From: Minisyncoccia bacterium
Lineage (GTDB): Bacteria > Patescibacteriota > Minisyncoccia > SW-4-49-11
Assembly (NCBI GenBank): GCA_044356325.1
Contig: JBIKWJ010000001.1
Span: 56,305-120,304 of the forward strand
Length of the DNA: 64,000 nucleotides
Reading direction: 5' to 3'
Of the stretch, positions 29,064-39,586 are shown in pieces. The notes under the pieces are model-generated. The model saw only the letters and a program-made list of their open reading frames with translations. It had not been told where the DNA came from and searched no databases. The first letter of the stretch is position 1, and every line of letters begins with the position of its first letter. The translations under genes were made by a program, and so were the position numbers.

Positions 29064-29825
29064 TTATAATTGTGTTAATATTTCGGCTCCATTATCTGTG
29101 ACCAAAACAGTATGCTCAAAGTGAGCGGACAGAGACCCATCATCAGTATATACCGTCCAACCATCATCAGCATCAGTAAACACATCATCCGACCCAATAT
29201 TAATCATTGGCTCAATTGCAATAGTAAGCCCTGATATTAATTTCACTCCTGTTCCTGGCCTTCCATAATTTGGAATATTAGGCTCTTCATGAAGACTATG
29301 CCCCACTCCATGTCCAGCATAATCTTTCACAAGACCATATCCAAATTGATTAATATATGACTCTACCGTATAACCAATATCTCCTGTTGTTGCTCCGGCC
29401 TTAACGGCTTTAATTGCTTTATGTAAAGATTTTTTGGTTCTTTCCAATAATAATCTTGACTTTTCTGGTAATTCTCCCATACCAAATGAAATAGCACTAT
29501 CTACCACAAGCCCCTGATACCTTAACCCACAATCTAAGGAAACAATATCCCCTTCTTGTACAATAGTATTAGTATTAGGAACTCCATGAATAACTGCATC
29601 ATTGAGAGAAACACAAATAACTCCAGTAAACCCATGATATCCTAAGAATACCGACTCTACTTTCTTTTTATCAAAAAATTCTCGTGTATATATATCAATT
29701 TCATGAGTACTAATACCTGGCTTTATTTTTTCTTCTTGTAGCCATATCAAAGTCTCAGCAAGGATTTTGCCTCCTTGCCTCATTGATTCTATTTCAATGG
29801 GAGTTTTAGAGTGTAACTGTGACAT
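29064..29825 (-). CDS. map: Methionine aminopeptidase type I.
   Basis: Metal ligands are in the conserved context (DIVSLDCG, GHGVGHSLHEEP, AIEPMIN, EHTVLVT). The start is probably the internal Met (MSQLHS...) abutting adk. Confidence 0.85.
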   Translation of the reverse strand: MSQLHSKTPIEIESMRQGGKILAETLIWLQEEKIKPGISTHEIDIYTREFFDKKKVESVFLGYHGFTGVICVSLNDAVIHGVPNTNTIVQEGDIVSLDCGLRYQGLVVDSAISFGMGELPEKSRLLLERTKKSLHKAIKAVKAGATTGDIGYTVESYINQFGYGLVKDYAGHGVGHSLHEEPNIPNYGRPGTGVKLISGLTIAIEPMINIGSDDVFTDADDGWTVYTDDGSLSAHFEHTVLVTDNGAEILTQL

Positions 29826-29826
29826 A

Positions 29827-30399
29827 TTATTGTAAAGCTTTGAGAATATCTGCTGAAACCAAGTCCATAGATTGATTTCCATCAACAACAATTAACTTTC
29901 CCTTTTCTTTAAAATATTCAATTGCAGGTACTACTAATTCATTATGAGTATCTAGGCGCTTTTGAATATGTTCTGGCTTATCATCTTCACGATGTAATAA
30001 ATCTAATCTTTCTGATAATCTAGCAATAGCAACATCGTCAGGAACATCAATATATACAACATAATATTCTCTTTCAAACCAAGTTAATACTTTATGTACT
30101 ACGATAGCTTCTTCACGAGAGCGAGCAGCTCCATCCAAAATAATTCCTTGACTGGGATTGGAGTCATTAATCATATAATCCACCAATACATAGCTTGGAA
30201 TCCAATAGGGTAAAAATTCTCCATTATCTATGAGTGAGCCTACTTTTTGAGATAAAAATCCCTCTTGATTTGCTATTCCACGAAAAAATTCTCCATAAGG
30301 AATAGCTTCCATACGAAGTTTTTGCTTCAAAATACCACTTTGAGTACCTTTCCCAGATCCCGGCTTACCGATCAAGATAAGAGCATCTACTTTTTTCAT
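29827..30399 (-). CDS. adk: Adenylate kinase.
   Basis: 190 aa with P-loop ILIGKPGSGKGTQ. Confidence 0.85.
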   Translation of the reverse strand: MKKVDALILIGKPGSGKGTQSGILKQKLRMEAIPYGEFFRGIANQEGFLSQKVGSLIDNGEFLPYWIPSYVLVDYMINDSNPSQGIILDGAARSREEAIVVHKVLTWFEREYYVVYIDVPDDVAIARLSERLDLLHREDDKPEHIQKRLDTHNELVVPAIEYFKEKGKLIVVDGNQSMDLVSADILKALQ

Positions 30400-30485
30400 A
30401 AGAGTAATATAAAACTATTTTCTTTCATATTATCATATTATTTCAATAATTTCTACTATTTTTGTCCTTATGCTATACTATCCCT

Positions 30486-30890
30486 ATGAAATATATTCGT
30501 TTTATACCAGCTATTATTATTCTAGGGTTTATTTGGCATTGGTCAAATCAGCCGGGACTTAAATCTGAATATATGCCTATTATTGATTTTTTCTTGCGTA
30601 AAGGAGCTCATACATTAGAATATTTTATTCTATATTTAGCGTTATTTTGGGGATTTTTATCTCAAAAATTTTCTTCTCTCTCATTATCTCGAATACATTT
30701 TATTCATATCAAAGCATTTATCCTAGCATTTCTTGCAACTCTTCTTGATGAATGGCATCAAACCTGGGTTTCAGGAAGAGAAGGTAAACCTCTTGATTTA
30801 CTATTTGATTCCATAGGGTTTTTGATTGCCTATATTCTCATTTGGGTAATATGGGTTTATATTGCAGATAAAAAACATATTCACAAATAA
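30486..30890 (+). CDS. VanZ-like family membrane protein.
   Basis: ...ATLLDEWHQTWVSGREGKPLDLLFDSIGF... is the VanZ-like signature, with 4 transmembrane helices. The ATG is at 30486; the track start is at 30462. Confidence 0.6.
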   Translation: MKYIRFIPAIIILGFIWHWSNQPGLKSEYMPIIDFFLRKGAHTLEYFILYLALFWGFLSQKFSSLSLSRIHFIHIKAFILAFLATLLDEWHQTWVSGREGKPLDLLFDSIGFLIAYILIWVIWVYIADKKHIHK

Positions 30891-30918
30891 AAAAGCCCCC
30901 AATATCGGGGGCTTTTTT
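30890..30918. terminator. Bidirectional rho-independent terminator between the vanZ-like gene and dnaK.
   Basis: aaaaa-gcccccaatatcgggggc-tttttt. Confidence 0.65.
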
Positions 30919-30935
30919 ATTTTGAGAAAAATAAT

Positions 30936-32870
30936 TTATTTCTTCTCTTCGAACTCAGCATCTTTTGGAGCTTCGGCATTAGATCCAGCTTCTTCTTGTT
31001 TTTCATCAGCTTGTCCATGATCATGACCTGAATGAGCATCAGCCTCTCCTTGTGGTTGAGCTGCTTGCTCTGCCTGATATAACTGAGCTCCTACTTTTTG
31101 AGAAATAGTTGATAACTTATCTAAAGCTTTCTGAATATCTTCTTTGGAATCTTTATCTTTGACTTCTTTTAGAGCATTTACTTTTTCAGTTAGAGTTGTG
31201 TCATCTTCTGGCTTAATCTTATCTTTGCTGTCTTTTTGCATTTTTTCAGTAGCATAAATCAAAGTATCGGCTTGATTACGAATTTCTATTAATTCTTTTG
31301 CCTTTTTATCTTCTTCTGCATGAATTTCAGCATCTTTAGTCATTTTCTCAATATCAGCATCAGACAACCCAGATGAGGCTTCAATTCGAATAGACTGTTC
31401 TTTATTGGTTGCTTTATCCTTAGCGGTAACTTTTAAGATTCCATTAGCATCAATATCAAAGGTAACTTCAATTTGAGGAATACCTCTTGGTGCTGGAGGA
31501 ATACCGTCTAGAATAAATCTTCCCAAAGGCTTATTATCTTTTGCAAATTCTCTCTCTCCTTGAACAATATTAATATCTACAGATGGTTGATTGTCGCTCG
31601 CTGTAGAGAATATTTGTGATTTTGAAACAGGTACGGTAGTATTTCGCTCAATAATTTTAGTTGAAACACCTCCCATAGTCTCAATCCCGAGAGAAAGTGG
31701 AGTAACATCTAAAAGAAGCACATCTTTAACATCCCCTTGTAAAATCCCTCCTTGAATACCAGCTCCAATAGCAACCACTTCATCGGGATTAATACTTTGA
31801 TTAGCATCTCTTCCAAAAATTTCTTTTACAAATTCTTGTATTGCAGGCATTCGAGTTTGTCCTCCTACTAGAATAACTTCATCAATATCAGCCTTAGTAA
31901 ATCCAGCATCAGCAAGGGCTTTCTCACAAGGAGCCTTGGTTCTCTCAATTAAATCTCTTACTAATTCTTCTAGTTTGGATCGGGTAAGAGTAATATTGAG
32001 ATGTTTTGGACCATTAACATCATTAGCAATAAATGGAATACTAATTTCAGTTTGTACTGAAGTAGATAATTCAATTTTTGCTTTTTCAGCAGATTCTTTT
32101 AATCTCTGTATAGCAAGACTATCTCCTGACAAATCAATTCCTTGATCTTTTTTGAATTCAGTTAAAAGATAATCCATTATTTGTTGATCCAAATCATCTC
32201 CTCCAAGATGAGTATCTCCATTGGTAGCTCTTACTTCTATGGTATCTTCTGAAACTTCAAGTACAGAAACATCAAATGTTCCTCCTCCAAAGTCATATAC
32301 CACAATTTGCTGATCTTTTTTCTTATCAAATCCATAAGCAAGAGCTGCTGCTGTAGGTTCATTGATAATTCTTTTTACATCAAGCCCTGCAATTTTTCCA
32401 GCATCTTTGGTAGCTTTTCTCTGAGCATCATCAAAATATGCCGGGACTGTGATTACCGCTTCTGTAACAGGAGCTCCTAGTTTTGCTTCAGCATCAGCCT
32501 TTAACTTTTGCAATACAATAGCTGCAATTTCGGCAGGTTGTTTCCAGTCTTCTCCAAGTTTAATTTCAACTCCTCCATTAGAAGCTTCTCTAATTTCATA
32601 AGGTAATAAAGCTTTATCTTTTTGAACTTCTTCATCAGAAAATTTACGTCCAATAAGTCTCTTGGCTGAGAAAATGGTGTTTTTAGGGTTAACAACACCT
32701 TGTCTTTTTGCTACAATTCCCACTAGTCGCTCTCCACTTTTAGAAACAGCAACTATAGAAGGAGTAGTACGACTTCCTTCAGCATTTTCTAAGATTTTAT
32801 GTGATCCTCCCTCAATAACTGCTATTGCAGAATTGGTGGTTCCAAGATCAATACCAATAATTTTACTCAT
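30936..32870 (-). CDS. dnaK: Chaperone DnaK (Hsp70).
   Basis: 644 aa with [14 protein letters not shown] and [10 protein letters not shown]. Confidence 0.95.
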   Translation of the reverse strand: MSKIIGIDLGTTNSAIAVIEGGSHKILENAEGSRTTPSIVAVSKSGERLVGIVAKRQGVVNPKNTIFSAKRLIGRKFSDEEVQKDKALLPYEIREASNGGVEIKLGEDWKQPAEIAAIVLQKLKADAEAKLGAPVTEAVITVPAYFDDAQRKATKDAGKIAGLDVKRIINEPTAAALAYGFDKKKDQQIVVYDFGGGTFDVSVLEVSEDTIEVRATNGDTHLGGDDLDQQIMDYLLTEFKKDQGIDLSGDSLAIQRLKESAEKAKIELSTSVQTEISIPFIANDVNGPKHLNITLTRSKLEELVRDLIERTKAPCEKALADAGFTKADIDEVILVGGQTRMPAIQEFVKEIFGRDANQSINPDEVVAIGAGIQGGILQGDVKDVLLLDVTPLSLGIETMGGVSTKIIERNTTVPVSKSQIFSTASDNQPSVDINIVQGEREFAKDNKPLGRFILDGIPPAPRGIPQIEVTFDIDANGILKVTAKDKATNKEQSIRIEASSGLSDADIEKMTKDAEIHAEEDKKAKELIEIRNQADTLIYATEKMQKDSKDKIKPEDDTTLTEKVNALKEVKDKDSKEDIQKALDKLSTISQKVGAQLYQAEQAAQPQGEADAHSGHDHGQADEKQEEAGSNAEAPKDAEFEEKK

Positions 32871-32933
32871 ATATTCATATATTAATTTTTACTTTTTTAT
32901 TATACACCTATTAGCAGTCTATTGTCAAGAGTG

Positions 32934-33707
32934 CTAAATATCTATCGAAAAAGCTTTTTTTGCATTATAATCTAATATTTCTGTTAATTTTTGTATATCA
33001 ATTTGTCTTAGTTCAGCAACTTTATTTATGGTATACAGTACAAATACTGGGGTGTTTTGTATGCCTCTATGAGGAATGGGAGTTAGATAAGGAGCATCTG
33101 TTTCTACTAGCAATTGATTTTCTGGGACTATTTTTACAGCCTCTTGTATAGATACAGCATTATTAAAGGTAATAATACCTGAAAAAGAAAAATATATTCT
33201 ATGAGATAATGCGTTAAACTTATATACCCAATCACTTGTTCCCGTAAAACAATGTAATATAATAGTTAAATCCTTATATTCTGATAATACCTGAAAGGTT
33301 TCTTCAAATGAGTCTCTCGTATGAATAATGAGGGGTTTACTAAATTCCAATGCAAGCTCAATATGTAATCTGAATAATACTTCTTGCTGAACTCTTACTT
33401 CTTCAGATTTATGATAATAAAAGTCAAAGCCAGTCTCTCCTACTGCAATAATAGGATTTGTTTGTAAGAGCATATTCAAATCTTTTCGAATAGCATTAAT
33501 ATCTATTTGGTCATATTCATGCGGATGTACTCCAATTGCAGCATACAAAAAAGAATATTGAGAGGCTAATTGTATCGCTTTTTTACTATCCGCAATACTT
33601 GTACCCACTAATATGGCTTGTATTGAGTTTTTTTGTAATGACTGCAATAATTCCTCTCTATTTGCATCAAATTCTTGCGAATGAATATGACAGTGAGTAT
33701 CAAACAT
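32934..33707 (-). CDS. tatD: TatD-family metal-dependent DNase/hydrolase.
   Basis: 257 aa with MFDTHCHI, ...AIGVHPH... and ...ETDAPYL. Confidence 0.8.
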   Translation of the reverse strand: MFDTHCHIHSQEFDANREELLQSLQKNSIQAILVGTSIADSKKAIQLASQYSFLYAAIGVHPHEYDQIDINAIRKDLNMLLQTNPIIAVGETGFDFYYHKSEEVRVQQEVLFRLHIELALEFSKPLIIHTRDSFEETFQVLSEYKDLTIILHCFTGTSDWVYKFNALSHRIYFSFSGIITFNNAVSIQEAVKIVPENQLLVETDAPYLTPIPHRGIQNTPVFVLYTINKVAELRQIDIQKLTEILDYNAKKAFSIDI

Positions 33708-36487
33708 TATTTAGGAATTTTATTTGTAGTGGTAATATTCCCCGAAGTGTCTGTTGTTTTAATCCAAAAGTTAAATGGTCCTGCCCCAAGAGGTGGTTTA
33801 TAGGTGTATGAATAGGTTTTAGGTGCTATAGTTGGTTTTTTAATGAGATTTAGTTGACCAATTGTATCATCCCAAAATTCAACCTGAGCTACTCCCTGTA
33901 TATCAGTAATATTAGCAGATAATACAAATCCTGACACCCTATCTCCTGTAACACTAAAACTTTCAACAACTGGGCTAATAGAGTCTAATTTAATATTAAT
34001 TTTAACACTTGCCTCTGATTTATTGAGGTAAATGTCAAAAGCTCTGACTGTAAGAGTTTTCTCACCCCCAGATGGAGCAATTACAGTTTGATTAACAGTA
34101 CCTGACTGTGATGATAAAACAGCAACATCATCTAGATAAACATCTACTTGTTTTACTCCCTGAACAGCATTTACACGAATATCTAATGGAACACTATTAC
34201 CCGTAATAACAGTACCATTACTTGGACTATTGATAGTAATTTGTGGTTTATTGCTATCAGTATACACACTATCTTTATCATCTGGAATATTAGTAATATA
34301 TCCTTTTGACCTTGCCCAAGCAAGTACTGGCCCCTCCCAATTATTAAATTGAGGATCTTCTTGTGGTTTTTTTGGCCAAGCTCCAAGAATATCATCTAAT
34401 TTTACATAATATAATTCACTGTGTACTGTTTTAACTTCTTGCTCTTGTATAAGTTCTGGTGGGGTACTATCCGTTGCAATTTTTCCTGTTGCAGTATTAA
34501 TTTTAAATTTTTGATTATATTCAAATCCACCTGTATTTACCATAGGTTTATTTCCCTTTTTAATTTCTGGCTTCGTGAATTTACCTGGAGTTCTTCCAGC
34601 TGCAATAGCTTCTCTCATAAATCTATTCCATATTGGAGCTGCCACCACTGAACCATCAGCCCCATTTTTCATTGGCTTATTATCATTGCGACCGACCCAT
34701 ACCCCAGCAACTAAATTTGTTGTATACCCCACTGTCAAAGCATCTCTATATTCTTGACTAGTACCAGTTTTTGCAGCAATATCTATACCTGGAATACTAA
34801 GATTATTGGTAAATCCAAATACAGGAGACCTTGCATTATTATCTGATAAGATATCAGTAACTTGTCTTGCAACATTGGTATCTAATCCTTGCTTTTCTTT
34901 TTTCTCCCATGAATATAATGTATCTCCTTTATTATTAGTTACTTTCATTAATGGATTAATTGCATTAAACTTTCCATCATTAGCAAAGGCAGAATATGAT
35001 CCAAAATGTTCTATTAATTTAAGTTCCGCTCCACCAAGAGCCATCGCAAGTCCAGATTTTCGTGATGCCGAATAATCGGTGATACCAAGCTCCCCACCTA
35101 ATTTAAGAGTATCTTTAATTCCTGCCAAATAAAGGGCTTTTACCGCAGGGACATTCAAGGAAGTTGCTAATGCTCTTCGCATAGTAACTGGCCCATTAAA
35201 TTGTAAATTAAAATTTTTAGGCTCATATGCTGGAATACCTGGATTGGTTTCAAAATTAGTTAATAAATCAAATACATATGAATCTGGATTATATCCCTTT
35301 GTAAAAGCTTCTGAATATACCAAAGGTTTAATTGAGGACCCTGGTGATTGTGGAGTGGTTAATACATTCACATTACCGTCTGCTTTGGTATCAAAATAAT
35401 CTTTTGACCCTACCATTGCCAAAATATCTCCATTAGATGGGTCTATGGCTCCAAGGGCAGCATTTTGAGTATCATATCTACCACGAGTCTTTTCTATTTC
35501 TTCCTTTACTGTCTTCTCGGCAATTTGCTGCAAATTCCAATCAAGAGTAGTTTGAACTTTTAACCCACCCTGATCTAATACCTCTTCTCCAAATTGCTCA
35601 GCTAATTTTTCACGCACATAAAATACAAAATGAGGAGCTTTGATATTTTGTGCAAATGGTTGTATTTCTAATTTTTGATCTTTTTGATTATTATAAGTAT
35701 CTGCAGAAATATAATTCTGCTCTTTCATTTTTAATAATACTAATTGTTGACGAGATTCTAATTTATCAAAATTAGATCCATAAGGAGAATAATAAGTTGG
35801 TCGCTGAATAATAGCTGCGAGCACCGCAGCCTGATAAGCCTCTAATTCACTTGGTTTTTTACCAAAAAAAGTTTGTGAAGCGGCTTCCACCCCATAAATA
35901 TTACCGCCAAAGGGAATTTCATTTAGATAAAATGCAATAATTTCATCCTTTGAATATTTTTGCTCAATTTGAATAGCCAAAATAGCCTCTCGTACTTTTC
36001 GTATAAGAGATCTATCATTTGTTAATAAAGCATTTTTTACAAATTGTTGAGTAATTGTAGATCCTCCACCACCAACACCTTTTCCTGTAATATTCTGAAA
36101 AGCTGCTCGCATAATAGCTGTTGGCCTCACTCCATGATGTTTATAAAATTCTTGATCTTCAATTGATATAAAAGCTTGTTTTAGTATATCTGGAATTTGA
36201 TCAGCTGGAATAATAGTACGATTCTCATTACCTGAAACCTCATATAATAATTGCTCCCCCGTTCTATCATAAATTTGTGTAGATTGAAAAACTTTACGAT
36301 TATCAAGATTAACAACACTTGGTAAATCCTTAGCTACATACGCATAAATAATAATAAAACTGACTATAGCAAAAATCAGTAACCCTAATGAGATTCTATA
36401 TGTTATTTTTACCCATTTTTTACTCCAAAATGAAGGCTTTGTATGAATAGCTTTTTGAAGATGATGAGATTTGTGTTTTTTTTCCAT
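33707..36487 (-). CDS. mrcA: Class A penicillin-binding protein (bifunctional glycosyltransferase/transpeptidase) with a long C-terminal beta-rich extension.
   Basis: 926 aa. GT51 motifs are EDQEFYKHHGV and GGSTITQQ. Transpeptidase motifs are SPGSSIKP (SxxK) and KTGTS. The C-terminal roughly 250 aa is Ig-like and repeat-rich. Confidence 0.85.
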   Translation of the reverse strand: MEKKHKSHHLQKAIHTKPSFWSKKWVKITYRISLGLLIFAIVSFIIIYAYVAKDLPSVVNLDNRKVFQSTQIYDRTGEQLLYEVSGNENRTIIPADQIPDILKQAFISIEDQEFYKHHGVRPTAIMRAAFQNITGKGVGGGGSTITQQFVKNALLTNDRSLIRKVREAILAIQIEQKYSKDEIIAFYLNEIPFGGNIYGVEAASQTFFGKKPSELEAYQAAVLAAIIQRPTYYSPYGSNFDKLESRQQLVLLKMKEQNYISADTYNNQKDQKLEIQPFAQNIKAPHFVFYVREKLAEQFGEEVLDQGGLKVQTTLDWNLQQIAEKTVKEEIEKTRGRYDTQNAALGAIDPSNGDILAMVGSKDYFDTKADGNVNVLTTPQSPGSSIKPLVYSEAFTKGYNPDSYVFDLLTNFETNPGIPAYEPKNFNLQFNGPVTMRRALATSLNVPAVKALYLAGIKDTLKLGGELGITDYSASRKSGLAMALGGAELKLIEHFGSYSAFANDGKFNAINPLMKVTNNKGDTLYSWEKKEKQGLDTNVARQVTDILSDNNARSPVFGFTNNLSIPGIDIAAKTGTSQEYRDALTVGYTTNLVAGVWVGRNDNKPMKNGADGSVVAAPIWNRFMREAIAAGRTPGKFTKPEIKKGNKPMVNTGGFEYNQKFKINTATGKIATDSTPPELIQEQEVKTVHSELYYVKLDDILGAWPKKPQEDPQFNNWEGPVLAWARSKGYITNIPDDKDSVYTDSNKPQITINSPSNGTVITGNSVPLDIRVNAVQGVKQVDVYLDDVAVLSSQSGTVNQTVIAPSGGEKTLTVRAFDIYLNKSEASVKINIKLDSISPVVESFSVTGDRVSGFVLSANITDIQGVAQVEFWDDTIGQLNLIKKPTIAPKTYSYTYKPPLGAGPFNFWIKTTDTSGNITTTNKIPK

Positions 36488-36515
36488 AGCTATATGTTAA
36501 AAATATATAGACTTT

Positions 36516-36857
36516 TTATGATACAGCCTCTTCAGCTTCGGGCAATATATCTAATCTTCGCTCATCTATCTCTTCTCCCGTATGAATATCTCTTCCATAT
36601 GTTCCCGCTTCAATCCGAGCCAAAGCCTTATCAATTTTTACCAAAGTTTCCTCTAAAGTCCCCTCTATGAGAAGATCCCTCTCATAATTCACTTGTTCCT
36701 GGGCATTATCTTCTTCATCTTCACTGATATTATGATATTTAACCTCATAACCACTACCGACACTGTCTTTAACTGCAACAGAATCAAGCTCTGAGGTAAT
36801 TCTTTGTCTTTTTTCAAGAAGTCTATTACGATAGATTTCTAATTTTACTGAATCCAT
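36516..36857 (-). CDS. DksA/TraR-family protein lacking the Cys4 zinc finger.
   Basis: 113 aa. It has an N-terminal coiled coil and a C-terminal ...ALARIEAGTYGRDIHTGEEI... where the usual CxxC pairs are absent. Confidence 0.45.
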   Translation of the reverse strand: MDSVKLEIYRNRLLEKRQRITSELDSVAVKDSVGSGYEVKYHNISEDEEDNAQEQVNYERDLLIEGTLEETLVKIDKALARIEAGTYGRDIHTGEEIDERRLDILPEAEEAVS

Positions 36858-36895
36858 ATTATATATACTAATTTTATACTTACTATTATAGTATA

Positions 36896-37660
36896 TTATA
36901 CCAAAGAAGTAAATACAAGCAATCCCAATAATATACTAATTAATACTATTCTAGCTAATATTTTTTTAGTATTTAATGTTCTTAAATAAATATCTCGAAA
37001 TATGGATAGCGAGAATATCAAAAAAGTAGTTAATATAATTGATTGAGTAAGATGTGTTAATGGTAAAACTCTAAGACCAATAAACAACTCAACAATTATT
37101 ATAGCAAGCATAAGAGACATAATACGATAAAATTGACGATTAATTCCATACATCCATAAAATATATAATGAAATATTTAGTGTAGAAATAAAAGCAATAA
37201 TACTCAATAATATCGGTGATATTGTTCCAATAAATATAGACCCGAATAAAAAGGCATAGGTCGAAAAAGATACAAATATACTTCCAGATATAATAACTTG
37301 ACGCATAAATTCTGAATTTCGATACTCTTTATGAGAAATAATATCTTGTACAAAAAATAATCCTATTCCAAGAGCAATTACAATAACAGTAATAGGTACG
37401 GTGTCCCCTTTTATCACCTGCATAAATAGAATTGATGCAAGAATAAAATGCAAAGGAATTTGATAAGCTCTTATTCTATATCGATATAAAAACACTAAAT
37501 ATGCGACTAAGATACATAATCCTAATATTCCAAATAAACTCAATAGTGGCTGTATCTTTTGAATTGTATAAAGATAAGCGGGAAAAAATCCAATGAGCAA
37601 TATAATATTCCAGAAATTTTTCTGAAATATTATTTGTTGTAACCATTTCACATACTGCAT
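36896..37660 (-). CDS. Polytopic membrane protein, unknown function.
   Basis: 254 aa with about 8 hydrophobic helices. Confidence 0.4.
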   Translation of the reverse strand: MQYVKWLQQIIFQKNFWNIILLIGFFPAYLYTIQKIQPLLSLFGILGLCILVAYLVFLYRYRIRAYQIPLHFILASILFMQVIKGDTVPITVIVIALGIGLFFVQDIISHKEYRNSEFMRQVIISGSIFVSFSTYAFLFGSIFIGTISPILLSIIAFISTLNISLYILWMYGINRQFYRIMSLMLAIIIVELFIGLRVLPLTHLTQSIILTTFLIFSLSIFRDIYLRTLNTKKILARIVLISILLGLLVFTSLV

Positions 37661-37663
37661 ATA

Positions 37664-39577
37664 TTATCTCCGAAACTTGATTGATCTTCCTTGTGGCATA
37701 TTGTTTTTTGTAGGTTCTTTAGGTACCATGAGATTTGATTTTACTTCAGATAATAATTCATCTAAAAGTCCATTTACACTTAATTTTTCTTCTTGGCTTG
37801 AGACATGTAAATCTTTTAGGAATTTTTCTTTGATTAAATATTCTGATTCTCCATAAGCAGAAGTTGATCTACTAAATACCTCTTTTAATTTTTTTGCCAT
37901 TATGGGATTTACATATTCTACGGGCTCAGTAGTAGGGATATCTTGCTTCACTTCTGGAATAACTTCTTCTTTTTTCTCCTCTACTTGTGTGGCAGTATCA
38001 GCGAGTTGGGTGGATACAGGAGGAACAATCTCCTCCTTAGGTATAGGATGATTTTCTATTTTCTCATCTATTTTGGGAGTAGCATCTATAGACTGTAATG
38101 GTAGTATAGGAGCGCTATTAGTCGTATCTTTAGATATAGGATTTTCTTGCTCTGATTTTGGATAAACTATAGGATTAGGTTTATTTGATGCATTATATGA
38201 CTTTGATTTATCATTATAGGGTTTAGAATAAGCTCTAGATTTGTTATCTCTGTCTGATGAAACTTTTGCTTGGGTCTCTGAAGATTTTTTAGTATCTATA
38301 TTCTCAATATGAGCTCCTCTCAGTGAAGATTTAACATTTCCATATGTTTGACGAGAAAATTCAATGATTTTGTCCCTATTGGATATCAACTCTGGCTCTG
38401 GATCAGGTAATGTATCCGCACTAAAAGGCTGACTTGTAGCTCCATCTATCATAAGTTTCAAATATACTTTCCATTTTGGAAGATTAACCAAATCCTCAAT
38501 AGTAAGAACCGGGCTAAATTCTCTCTCCATAAATTCAGCATCAGCAGCCCCAATCCTAAATACAATAGTAGTTCCCACATTTCCAAATACGGCACCTCTT
38601 ACAATTTCAGATAATTGCTCTACATATTGATGAGCTAATATAAGACTTAATCGATATTTGCGAGCTTCTGATAATATTTCCGCAAAAGAATCCGTAGAGA
38701 AATTTTGAAACTCATCAATATAGGCATAAAAATCTTGTCGCTCTTCTTCTGGTATATCAACACGACTCATAGCTGCAAGTTGCATTTTGGTAATCATCAT
38801 CGCTCCGAGTAATTGAGCTCCCCCCTCACCCACAGCTCCTTTAGAAAGATTCATAATCAAAATTTTCTTTTGATCCATAATTTCACGCAAATTAAAAGAA
38901 GATTTAGCCTGTCCAACAATATTACGTATAAGAGGAGAAGAAGTAAATTGTCCTACTTTATTTTGAATTGGTGAAATAGCCTCAACCAATAATTTATCCG
39001 TATATCCATCAAATTCATTAAGCCAAAATTGCTTTAATACAGGATCATGCATTTTATACACAATATTAGCTCGGAAATTCTTATCTACGAGAATACGCAT
39101 AATATCAAGCAAAGTACTTTCTTCATTTTCAAGCAAAGTCAATATGGTATTACGAAGAATATATTCAAGTCTTGGCCCCCAAGAATCAGCCCAAATTTTC
39201 TTAAATACTCCTACCAAACCATCGGATACAATATGTCTTTGATTTTCTGGCACATCACCAAGCACATTAAAAGCAATAGGAAATTCTAAATCTTGTGGAT
39301 TAAAATACACCACATCTTTTATACGATGTTCTGGAATATAATCAAGCAAGGCATCTGCTATATCTCCATGGGGATCAACAAAAGCAAACCCTGAACCATT
39401 TCTAATATCAGACACCGCCATATTGAGAAGTAATGAGGTTTTACCCATACCTGTTTTTCCAATAATATGCATATGTCGACGCCTATCATCTCGCTTAATA
39501 CCAAAAAGTCTTCCCTGACCATGAAAATTAGTCTTGGCAATAATGGTGATATCTTTATTTGTTTGATTTTCACTCAT
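37664..39577 (-). CDS. Soluble VirD4/TraG/TraD-like coupling-protein ATPase with a long low-complexity C-terminal tail.
   Basis: 637 aa. Walker A is HMHIIGKTGMGKTSLL and Walker B is YAYIDEFQNF. It also has the TraG/VirD4-type RKYRLSLILAHQYVEQL motif. It has no N-terminal transmembrane helices. The C-terminal roughly 230 aa is Ser/Lys/Pro/Asn-rich. Confidence 0.6.
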   Translation of the reverse strand: MSENQTNKDITIIAKTNFHGQGRLFGIKRDDRRRHMHIIGKTGMGKTSLLLNMAVSDIRNGSGFAFVDPHGDIADALLDYIPEHRIKDVVYFNPQDLEFPIAFNVLGDVPENQRHIVSDGLVGVFKKIWADSWGPRLEYILRNTILTLLENEESTLLDIMRILVDKNFRANIVYKMHDPVLKQFWLNEFDGYTDKLLVEAISPIQNKVGQFTSSPLIRNIVGQAKSSFNLREIMDQKKILIMNLSKGAVGEGGAQLLGAMMITKMQLAAMSRVDIPEEERQDFYAYIDEFQNFSTDSFAEILSEARKYRLSLILAHQYVEQLSEIVRGAVFGNVGTTIVFRIGAADAEFMEREFSPVLTIEDLVNLPKWKVYLKLMIDGATSQPFSADTLPDPEPELISNRDKIIEFSRQTYGNVKSSLRGAHIENIDTKKSSETQAKVSSDRDNKSRAYSKPYNDKSKSYNASNKPNPIVYPKSEQENPISKDTTNSAPILPLQSIDATPKIDEKIENHPIPKEEIVPPVSTQLADTATQVEEKKEEVIPEVKQDIPTTEPVEYVNPIMAKKLKEVFSRSTSAYGESEYLIKEKFLKDLHVSSQEEKLSVNGLLDELLSEVKSNLMVPKEPTKNNMPQGRSIKFRR

Positions 39578-39586
39578 AATACTGAA

